Shown piece by piece: positions 36,793 through 43,757 of a DNA stretch of 64,000 nt. The notes under the pieces were generated by a model. The model was not told the origin of the DNA. It saw only the letters and a program-made list of their open reading frames with translations, and did not search any database. The stretch comes from a bacterium (GTDB lineage: Bacteria > Patescibacteriota > Minisyncoccia > Phycocordibacterales > UBA918): contig JAYTMA010000167.1 of NCBI GenBank assembly GCA_043728975.1, positions 4,939 to 68,938 of the forward strand, in the 5' to 3' direction. Position numbers and translations under genes: made by a program. Numbering within the stretch: the first letter of the stretch is position 1; every line of letters starts with the position of its first letter.

Positions 36793-37034
36793 AATACGAA
36801 ACTGCGCAATTACTCGGAGCTTTGCTGAAAGAACAGCGCTTTGAAGTGGAAATGAAAGACAAGAACTTGGAGTTTAGCCACGATTTCACTGACGAAGAAA
36901 TTGGTGCAATTGTAGAAGCTGAATACAGTTCAACAATTACTCAGCCGGTTGATGAGCTTTTCAAAGTGATTATTAAAGATATGTTAAAGATGGGCGTTGA
37001 TTACGCCAAGAAAGAAGCAGAAGGGCAGAAATGA
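36777..37034 (+). CDS. hypothetical protein (85 aa)
   Basis: Track ORF overlapping its neighbours. Confidence 0.45.
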   Translation: MGARMKYETAQLLGALLKEQRFEVEMKDKNLEFSHDFTDEEIGAIVEAEYSSTITQPVDELFKVIIKDMLKMGVDYAKKEAEGQK

Positions 37035-37399
37035 AAACCCTCTTCGCCCTTCTTCTCATCTATCCCATTTATGCTCAAGCCTGTCCGAAGAACGTACAGA
37101 CGATCAAAACTGGAGCAACTTCCATTTGCGATGGCTGGCTTGTTTCAGAGCCTAAAATGCAAGAGCTTGCAAAACAAGCTGACGAGCTAGAGCTTTCAAA
37201 GAAGCTTATCCTGGCGCAAGAGCATTTACGAACTCTCGATGTTAAAGAGATCGAGTTCTTTAAGAAGCGCTCTGAAGCGGGGGAGAAAGCATTGGCCCAG
37301 TCTAATGCTCAGAAGGTGCTGATTGGAATCGGTGCATTCGCTCTCGGTGTTGTTGTAACAGGTATTGCGGCCAAAGCTGCGATTGAGGCTACTCGATGA
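37031..37399 (+). CDS. secreted/membrane-anchored coiled-coil protein (122 aa)
   Basis: Signal peptide MKTLFALLLIYPIYAQA. C-terminal TM IGIGAFALGVVVTGIAA. Confidence 0.5.
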   Translation: MKTLFALLLIYPIYAQACPKNVQTIKTGATSICDGWLVSEPKMQELAKQADELELSKKLILAQEHLRTLDVKEIEFFKKRSEAGEKALAQSNAQKVLIGIGAFALGVVVTGIAAKAAIEATR

Positions 37400-37578
37400 G
37401 ATTCAGTCTCGGAGATGAGCTTATTGTAACTGAGACTGACTTGAGCTTTTGCGAAAAGGGTCAAGTGTTTATAGTAGAGCGCATGGATAAGTATCATTAC
37501 GAAGACAGAGATGGAACTATCATCGCATCAGACTATGAAGTTGAGCTTCTTTCAGGAAAGCAGTTTATTCTTAGTTGA
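37396..37578 (+). CDS. small protein with family-like N-terminus but no SPLYQALK tail (60 aa)
   Basis: MRFSLGDELIV. ATGA-coupled. Confidence 0.4.
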   Translation: MRFSLGDELIVTETDLSFCEKGQVFIVERMDKYHYEDRDGTIIASDYEVELLSGKQFILS

Positions 37579-37654
37579 AATTTGAAACATGACCTCACTT
37601 GATATTTAATGCTGGTTCCGACCAAGGAATCAAAACTAAAAACAAGGAGGCCAC

Positions 37655-37876
37655 ATGGCGAAGTTAGTAAACAAGGGGAAAAGAGTCAACAAGAAGGTAA
37701 ATAGGAAAGGAGAGGATGGCCAAACGGTGAAATTTGTTCGACACTCCGCTGGCAGTAAGTTCATCTACGTCGAGAATCAAATTAAACACATCGACAAAAG
37801 AGAGCTTGAAATAGTACAAGAACTTACAGATGTGCTTACGGAAGAAAAAATAAAAGAGCTAAAAAATGCGTCTTAA
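37655..37876 (+). CDS. basic hypothetical protein (73 aa)
   Basis: Strong RBS aacaaggaggccacATG. Confidence 0.55.
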   Translation: MAKLVNKGKRVNKKVNRKGEDGQTVKFVRHSAGSKFIYVENQIKHIDKRELEIVQELTDVLTEEKIKELKNAS

Positions 37877-38090
37877 AAATGAAGAAGCCTGTATTTCAAT
37901 CAACCCAAGCCTTTCTGGCCACATGTTAAAGGTGAAACAAGTTTTCGAAATTAGTAAACTCTATCCTCATCTTGACTTGCTCGACATTAGAGATGCCGTT
38001 TTCAACTTTCCTACTGATGCCCAATCAAACATTGAATCAATCTTTAGAAAGACAGGAAAATTTAAATCAAATAGCTCGTCACTTCAATAA
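37866..38090 (+). CDS. hypothetical protein (74 aa)
   Basis: Track ORF. 11-nt overlap with the upstream gene. Confidence 0.4.
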   Translation: MRLKNEEACISINPSLSGHMLKVKQVFEISKLYPHLDLLDIRDAVFNFPTDAQSNIESIFRKTGKFKSNSSSLQ

Positions 38091-38102
38091 TACGATAGCC
38101 AA

Positions 38103-39155
38103 TCAAATTTCATCATTAAAAAACTTTCTTACCAAAATATGATCCATTAGCAACTGATTACAATCCTTGTCGTGCATCTCTGTTGTCATGCTCAACAGCT
38201 CTGCATGTTGCACTATTGTCTCGGCCAATCGCATTTTTTTAAATTTATCAACCTCGGCATCAGTAAGCCCCTTACACGTAGAAATAATTTTAAGAGTCAG
38301 AAAGTCCTCCTGTAGACCTTTTAGACCTCCAAAAATTATATCGTTATTATCAGGATCAAATCCGTAGCCTAAAATGATGAGCCTCTCTGCATTCTGCAAA
38401 ATTGATCTCAGGACTTTATACTCATCCTTATGCTTCCTATCGATAAAATTAATTCCCTCAGAAGCTAAAATTAAATCATCAAATCCAGGAACTGTATCAT
38501 CTCGAAGAGCATTTAAAACGGCATTTACCCGTTCTAGATTTCCGTACACATGAAAGATAGGAAGATCATTTCTGACAATATGTTTTGCCCTGCTCGCTAA
38601 GTCTCGGTCAATTTCTTGATGTGAATAGTAATTAGTAAAACAATCTTCGAGATGAAGGTCGTAATTAAAGGTTATAAAGCAATCCGGTTCTTCTAAGTAT
38701 CCTGAATAATCAAGCCCAATTCGTTTATTTAAATAGTTTAAGATCCATGGCTTACAATCCACGGAAGGTTCAAAAATTCCGTCGACAGTATTCCCTGCCG
38801 TTCTGGCGCAATTAATTAAAACATAACTGACCAAGAATTTTGCGATATTTAGATAGCGTGGATTTTTTGCGACAAAAGAGTCGATTGACTGGGCACCTGA
38901 TTTCTTTAGCTTCTCAACGAACGATTTTAATTCAATTGAAAACTCACCTAGATGATGTTGCAAATCATCGTCTTTGCATTCATCAATATTTTTCCGGAGC
39001 TGATTGAAGATGTTATCAGTACCATTTTCTAAATTGATCAGATTAATTTTAAGCTGACTACCCGTCGGATAGCCATACGCAAGACTTGAGCCAGCTCCGA
39101 GGAGATAAACATCTTTAAACTTATGATTCTTCCATTTTTCAAGTTTCTCAATCAT
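38103..39155 (-). CDS. SIR2_2-family (Thoeris ThsA / DSR-like) putative NAD+-hydrolase protein (350 aa)
   Basis: N-terminal VYLLGAGSSLAYGYPTGSQL (GAGxS...G.P). CFITFNYDLHLED (TTNYD motif). LPIFHVYGNL (catalytic His). LIILGYGFDPDNNDI (GYSf-D). Lone minus-strand gene with aggaac RBS. Confidence 0.7.
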   Translation of the reverse strand: MIEKLEKWKNHKFKDVYLLGAGSSLAYGYPTGSQLKINLINLENGTDNIFNQLRKNIDECKDDDLQHHLGEFSIELKSFVEKLKKSGAQSIDSFVAKNPRYLNIAKFLVSYVLINCARTAGNTVDGIFEPSVDCKPWILNYLNKRIGLDYSGYLEEPDCFITFNYDLHLEDCFTNYYSHQEIDRDLASRAKHIVRNDLPIFHVYGNLERVNAVLNALRDDTVPGFDDLILASEGINFIDRKHKDEYKVLRSILQNAERLIILGYGFDPDNNDIIFGGLKGLQEDFLTLKIISTCKGLTDAEVDKFKKMRLAETIVQHAELLSMTTEMHDKDCNQLLMDHILVRKFFNDEI

Positions 39156-39249
39156 TATATAGTTCCTAAGTACGTATTACTTTCAATTCCATCTCTCTAC
39201 TGTTGTTAGTGGTAAAGAGAACTTTCTGGCCCCTTTATCAGGCGCTTCT

Positions 39250-39477
39250 ATGAAAGTTGGAGATCGCGTGATTGCATTGAGAGCTTTGTGGAGTGGAGAC
39301 ATCGGCCCTAAGGGCATTGTTCCATTTTCTAGAGGTATAATTGTTGAGCGTCTAAAGTTAGGTGTTTTTAAAGATGTTCAATTCGACGATGGAAAAAAAG
39401 CTAATGGCTGTACACCTGGAGCGCACATTGAACTAGAAGCTGTTTACGATTCCCCACTTTACCAAGCCTTACTCTAG
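39250..39477 (+). CDS. SPLYQALK-tail family small protein (75 aa)
   Basis: MKVGDRVIAL ... DSPLYQALL. Confidence 0.6.
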   Translation: MKVGDRVIALRALWSGDIGPKGIVPFSRGIIVERLKLGVFKDVQFDDGKKANGCTPGAHIELEAVYDSPLYQALL

Positions 39478-39588
39478 CAGCCCCCGCAGAATTTGCACAA
39501 GCATATACTAAAGTTCGTTTGCACTATACAATGACATTGATGTGACGCTGGTTAAGCAAGAAGCTTAGCTCCACAAACAAGGAAGTTC

Positions 39589-40389
39589 ATGAAACCAAAA
39601 ATCAATTCTAAGCCTCGAGGTAAAATCCTCATTCTAGATATTGAAACAGCACCTATGGAAGTCTACGCTTGGGGCTTGTTTGATCAAAACATCCCTTTGA
39701 ACATGATCATAAAAGACTGGAGCGTTCTCTCGTGGTCTGCAAAGTGGCTTGGTGAGAAGAAGATTATGTACGCCGACACTCGCATGGAGAAAGACGTTCG
39801 TAACGACAAGCGTATCGTTAAAGAGATGTGGGAGCTTGTGAATCAAGCGGATATAATAGTCACTCAAAATGGCCGCCGATTTGATATGAAGAAGCTCAAC
39901 TCTAGATTCCTATTCTATAAATTACCCCCGCCTTCTAGCTATCGCCAATTCGATACTCTCACAGTTGCTAAGAAGCATTTTGCGCATACGTCTAATAAAT
40001 TGGAATACATGACGAAGACTTTCTGTTCAGTGTTTGAAAAGTCTACGCATTCTGAGTTCCCTGGCTTTGAAATGTGGAAAGCTTGTTTGGCTAGAAATCA
40101 AAAAGCATTTAAAGCAATGGAAGCTTACAACAAGCTTGATGTGCTCTCACTTGAAGAGCTTTATTTAGAAGTCCGTGGCTGGGACAATACAATCAATCAC
40201 AACGTATTCAGTGAATCTTCTCACGGCGAAGAGTGTAATGCTTGCGGAAGCTCAAACCTCCAGAAGAACGGCTTTCGTTTTTCAAATACAGGTAAATTTC
40301 AAAGGTTCACTTGCAATAATTGTGGAGCTGAACATCGCGGTAATGTGAATCTCCTTACAAAAGAAAAGCGTAAAAGCTTAAAGGCGTAA
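39589..40389 (+). CDS. DEDD-type 3'-5' exonuclease (PolB-exo / RNase_H_2-like) with C-terminal zinc ribbon (266 aa)
   Basis: Exo I ILILDIETAP. Exo II-like VTQNGRRFDMKKL. C-terminal CNACGSS...CNNCGAEH. Confidence 0.5.
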   Translation: MKPKINSKPRGKILILDIETAPMEVYAWGLFDQNIPLNMIIKDWSVLSWSAKWLGEKKIMYADTRMEKDVRNDKRIVKEMWELVNQADIIVTQNGRRFDMKKLNSRFLFYKLPPPSSYRQFDTLTVAKKHFAHTSNKLEYMTKTFCSVFEKSTHSEFPGFEMWKACLARNQKAFKAMEAYNKLDVLSLEELYLEVRGWDNTINHNVFSESSHGEECNACGSSNLQKNGFRFSNTGKFQRFTCNNCGAEHRGNVNLLTKEKRKSLKA

Positions 40390-40392
40390 AAC

Positions 40393-40719
40393 GTGAAACG
40401 TAAACCATTCACCGCAAATGTAAAAGGCATTACTTGGGATTTTCATCTCCAGTCTGCTGCTGCTTACAGACGCTCTCACGGTAAAGACTCTGGAGCAATC
40501 TCCTACCTTGGCGATAAAGCTGTTTATTTCGACATGTCCCAGTTGTCTCCTGGAGTTGTTCGTCATGAAATGCTTCACGTATTTGTAGCAAGCTCTGGAA
40601 CAAACTCTGCAAGCTTGAACGTAGATCAAATGGAAGAGCTTTGCGCAGAGATATATGAAACACATGGGCCAGAAATGGACCTTCTCGTTGATAAAATACT
40701 TGAACACTTTCTGAGGTAA
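40393..40719 (+). CDS. small HExxH metallopeptidase-like protein (108 aa, GTG start)
   Basis: VVRHEMLHVFV contains HExxH. SprT/ImmA-like size. Confidence 0.4.
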   Translation: MKRKPFTANVKGITWDFHLQSAAAYRRSHGKDSGAISYLGDKAVYFDMSQLSPGVVRHEMLHVFVASSGTNSASLNVDQMEELCAEIYETHGPEMDLLVDKILEHFLR

Positions 40720-40721
40720 CT

Positions 40722-41159
40722 ATGGAAGACAAATGCTCTTGCGGCAATTCACAAATGTTCGGTAGCTGGATGTGCAAAACTTGCCACGCTTCTTACATGA
40801 AAACAGGCGTTGACCCTTCTGAGCTTCCTAAGTTTGAATCAGTTTTCAATAAGTCCACAACTGAGCATCTGAATGAGTTGCTCGGACTAGAAGTTGAAGA
40901 GCTTGAAACAACTGCTAAACCAAAACGTTATAACAACGGAAGTATCGAGGTTTGGGATGCTATCCATCAACTACAGTTCGATTACTTTCAAGGAGCAGTT
41001 ACTAAGTACATAGCACGTTACCATGACAAAAATGGGCCAGAAGATCTCGTGAAAGCAATCAACTACTGCATCAAGATGATCTCAATCGAAACAGGCATTG
41101 ACTATTACGAATTACATAAACTTACCCCCGAACAACTGGGACAAAGGATAAAAAAATGA
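40722..41159 (+). CDS. phage protein with N-terminal zinc ribbon (DUF3310-like C-terminal part, 145 aa)
   Basis: CSCGNSQMFGSWMCKTCH. C-terminal GSIEVWDAIHQLQFDYFQGAVTKYIARYHDKNG. Confidence 0.4.
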   Translation: MEDKCSCGNSQMFGSWMCKTCHASYMKTGVDPSELPKFESVFNKSTTEHLNELLGLEVEELETTAKPKRYNNGSIEVWDAIHQLQFDYFQGAVTKYIARYHDKNGPEDLVKAINYCIKMISIETGIDYYELHKLTPEQLGQRIKK

Positions 41160-41268
41160 TCGCAATGATTTTAATCGCTATCTTCACCGCAGCAGCTTTT
41201 ACAGATGCTCCAGTTTGTACAAGAGACTCTGCTCAGACAATTCAGAAAGAAGGCATCGGTGGCCGCTA

Positions 41269-41709
41269 ATGAAACCCGTTAAACTGAACTTCAAGAAGCT
41301 TTCCCCCGAAGCTGTCACTCCTAAATACTCTAAGAGCGGCGATTGTGGAGCAGACTTAACAGCAACTTCAATGCTCGAAACAGGAATGTACATTGAGTAT
41401 GGAACTTCATTAGCTGTTGAAATTCCCCCTGGCTACGTTGGCCTGATTTATCCTCGCTCCAGTTGTTCAAATTATGCCCTAATTCTTAGTAATTGCGTAG
41501 GTGTAGTTGACCCTGGATACACAGGAGAAATACGTTTTCGCTTTAAGAAATCCAATCCATACCCATTTGCAGATCATCGCGTATATGCAATTGGCGACCG
41601 CATAGGACAGCTTATCGTACAGCAAGTTCCGAGAATGCTCTTTAATGAAGTTGAAGAACTGGAGCAATCGGAAAGAGGCTCGCTTGGTTTCGGTAGTTCT
41701 GGCGTATGA
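41269..41709 (+). CDS. dut: dUTP diphosphatase (trimeric dUTPase, 146 aa)
   Basis: Motifs KSGDCGADL (1), GVVDPGYTGE (3), RGSLGFGSSG (5). Start set at ATG 41269. Confidence 0.8.
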   Translation: MKPVKLNFKKLSPEAVTPKYSKSGDCGADLTATSMLETGMYIEYGTSLAVEIPPGYVGLIYPRSSCSNYALILSNCVGVVDPGYTGEIRFRFKKSNPYPFADHRVYAIGDRIGQLIVQQVPRMLFNEVEELEQSERGSLGFGSSGV

Positions 41710-41773
41710 CTTGTCCCTTCTGTGGAGACAAGCCTTGTTATCACCCTCACTGCCCTTACACAAAGGTAAAATA

Positions 41774-41839
41774 ATGGAACACGCTCTTGTCCTTCTCCTT
41801 GCCTTTGCCCTTCTCGTCTTCTTCAAACTCAGGAACTAA
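41774..41839 (+). CDS. hydrophobic 21-aa peptide (MEHALVLLLAFALLVFFKLRN)
   Basis: caaaggtaaaataATG RBS. Single TM-like helix. Directly upstream of the membrane-anchored nuclease. Confidence 0.3.
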   Translation: MEHALVLLLAFALLVFFKLRN

Positions 41840-41842
41840 ATC

Positions 41843-42337
41843 ATGCTCCAGTTTTTTGTCATCCTTATTCTTGCCGCCCTATACTTCGCTTATCAAGCCA
41901 TGCAAAAGTACTGCACTAAGCACGATGAAGTGCCTCTTAAACTGGAGCAAGCTAACCAGGAAATCGGGCAACTCAAAGGAACACTTAAGCAAGAGCTTAC
42001 ATATTTAGAGAACGCTCGGAGAGATCTTTCAGAGCTTAAAGAGCAGTTCGAGAAGCTTCGTTTCAATAAGATCTCGGGGGATGTAAAACTGGGCCAGAAG
42101 TTCGAAGTCATCGCCCCTTTCCTCGATTCTTTCCCTTATCCTGACGACGAAATCAAAGCAATGTATCAGCCAATAGACTTGATCATCTTTAGAGAAGACG
42201 AAGTAGTCTTTCTTGAAATAAAGACAGGAGTGTCCCAGTTGTCGGACAAGCAGAGAAGAATTAAAAAGAACATTAAGGAAGGTCGAGTTCGCTTTGAAGA
42301 AATTAGAATGACTGAGAAAGGTGTGACGATCAAATGA
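41843..42337 (+). CDS. membrane-anchored PD-(D/E)xK nuclease-like protein (NERD/VRR-NUC-like, 164 aa)
   Basis: N-terminal TM FFVILILAALYFAY, then coiled coil. C-terminal PIDLIIFREDEVVFLEIKTG (D...E-x-K). Confidence 0.4.
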   Translation: MLQFFVILILAALYFAYQAMQKYCTKHDEVPLKLEQANQEIGQLKGTLKQELTYLENARRDLSELKEQFEKLRFNKISGDVKLGQKFEVIAPFLDSFPYPDDEIKAMYQPIDLIIFREDEVVFLEIKTGVSQLSDKQRRIKKNIKEGRVRFEEIRMTEKGVTIK

Positions 42338-42606
42338 GCACTAAAACACTTAACTCAATACTTCAGAAAGCTGCTGCATATTCCGTCACGAAGGACATTA
42401 CGTTTGATGTAATTATGGAAGAGTTGTATGGCAGCTATCAAATCAGAGCTTATCGCAGAAGCGACGATACGATTATGCGCACTAGAATTTCGCACTATCA
42501 ACTAATGGATAAAGAGAAGCTCATTGAAAAAGTCTGCAAGTTCGTTGCTGATGTTGATGAGAAGTTCGAATTATTCGATTCCCCCCTCATGAAGGCGCTA
42601 AGATGA
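42334..42606 (+). CDS. family-tail small protein (90 aa, ..DSPLMKALR)
   Basis: ATGA-coupled tandem array of three. Confidence 0.55.
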   Translation: MSTKTLNSILQKAAAYSVTKDITFDVIMEELYGSYQIRAYRRSDDTIMRTRISHYQLMDKEKLIEKVCKFVADVDEKFELFDSPLMKALR

Positions 42607-42815
42607 ATGTTCCAGTTTCCAAAGAAGAGCTTGCGACTCTTACTTACATAGGCTCTTTCAATGATGTTCACGGCACGAACCTAACCTGGACCAAGTACTT
42701 CGAAGAGATTGGCATGACTTGCGAACAAGCTAGAGATGATAGAGTTCTCGAATACGAATCGTACCTACGTTGGGTTGCACTCAGAAATTCCCCCCTCATG
42801 AAGGCCCTTAAATGA
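42603..42815 (+). CDS. family-tail small protein (70 aa, ..NSPLMKALK)
   Basis: ATGA-coupled. Confidence 0.55.
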   Translation: MNVPVSKEELATLTYIGSFNDVHGTNLTWTKYFEEIGMTCEQARDDRVLEYESYLRWVALRNSPLMKALK

Positions 42816-43018
42816 AACGCTATGATAAGGTTGTCGTTATAAAATCACGAGACGAATGGGATTACCCTGTTGGAACAGAGCTTATTATTAAAAGCTTCTA
42901 TACTTCAGCCAACGGTTACAAATGCTTTATGAGTTTAGGCGAAACCATGGGCTGTGTTTTGGATTACGTTATACCAAAAGAACTATACGATTCCCCTCTA
43001 TACCAGGCACTTAAATAA
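42812..43018 (+). CDS. SPLYQALK-tail family small protein (68 aa)
   Basis: MKRYDKVVVI ... DSPLYQALK. Confidence 0.6.
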   Translation: MKRYDKVVVIKSRDEWDYPVGTELIIKSFYTSANGYKCFMSLGETMGCVLDYVIPKELYDSPLYQALK

Positions 43019-43032
43019 CTACCGGAGGCTCA

Positions 43033-43305
43033 TTGTCCAAGAAGTTTGTAGCTAATGATAAAGATCAACACCGCCTCAAAGCTCAACGGGAGACAATTTT
43101 AAAACTGGAACGTGAAATCAAGCTACTCAAACAGCAAATTCGCACTCTCGAGAAAGCACTTAATCGCCCCCCTAAAGAAGACATGCCCGAGAAGCTCGTA
43201 GAAGAAAAGCCTAAGAAGCAAACTCCAGCAGAGCTTAAAGAAGCTACTCGAAAGAAGTTTGCTGAATGGCGGGCAAAGAACATTTCACCCCCTGAAGACT
43301 CGTAG
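43033..43305 (+). CDS. coiled-coil basic protein (90 aa)
   Basis: Track ORF. K/E-rich. Confidence 0.5.
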   Translation: MSKKFVANDKDQHRLKAQRETILKLEREIKLLKQQIRTLEKALNRPPKEDMPEKLVEEKPKKQTPAELKEATRKKFAEWRAKNISPPEDS

Positions 43306-43340
43306 CCTAAGCGTTTTTTGCTTAAGCATTGGCTTAGTTC

Positions 43341-43369
43341 TTGCATAGTGTTAATATAGTGCTAATGAT
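43341..43369 (+). promoter_or_regulatory. conserved phage promoter element TTGCAT-N16-TAATGA
   Basis: TTGCATAGTGTTAATATAGTGCTAATGATGACTGG, near-identical to the element at 7918. Confidence 0.45.
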
Positions 43370-43757
43370 GACTGGTAAAATCCGCAACATGATTAAAGGC
43401 TACGCAAGACGACTCTCTCAGAGTTGGCCTCCTAAAGTTGCGGCTAAAGATGCTGCTAAAGTTGCTCCAGCTCTTCACAAATGCGCTAAGTGCGGCTCTC
43501 TAAACTACGAAGGCGATTCTCAAAAGAACTTCGACAAGTACGTTCAGCAATTCCCAAATGACACTGTTAACTTCACAGGTATTGAAATGGATCATATTTC
43601 TCCCGTGATTGAACTATCAGGCTGGACAAACTGGGACAACTACTTCGACAGCTTATTCTGCCCACAAGAAAACTTCAGAGCACTTTGCAATAAATGCCAT
43701 GCTCATAAATCTTCGACCGAGAACACAATTAGATTCTCAAACAAAAGGAAAAAATGA
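43365..43757 (+). CDS. HNH endonuclease (130 aa)
   Basis: CAKCGS...IEMDHISPV...NFRALCNKCHAHKS. The start overlaps the promoter -10, so the true start may be the downstream Met at 43389. Confidence 0.65.
   Translation: MMTGKIRNMIKGYARRLSQSWPPKVAAKDAAKVAPALHKCAKCGSLNYEGDSQKNFDKYVQQFPNDTVNFTGIEMDHISPVIELSGWTNWDNYFDSLFCPQENFRALCNKCHAHKSSTENTIRFSNKRKK

Noticed and set aside
39493-39547. Two TTGCAC boxes upstream of the exonuclease gene as a family promoter
   Set aside because: No acceptable -10 hexamer lies at 16-18 nt spacing from either box. Only the first 10 nt match the conserved element.
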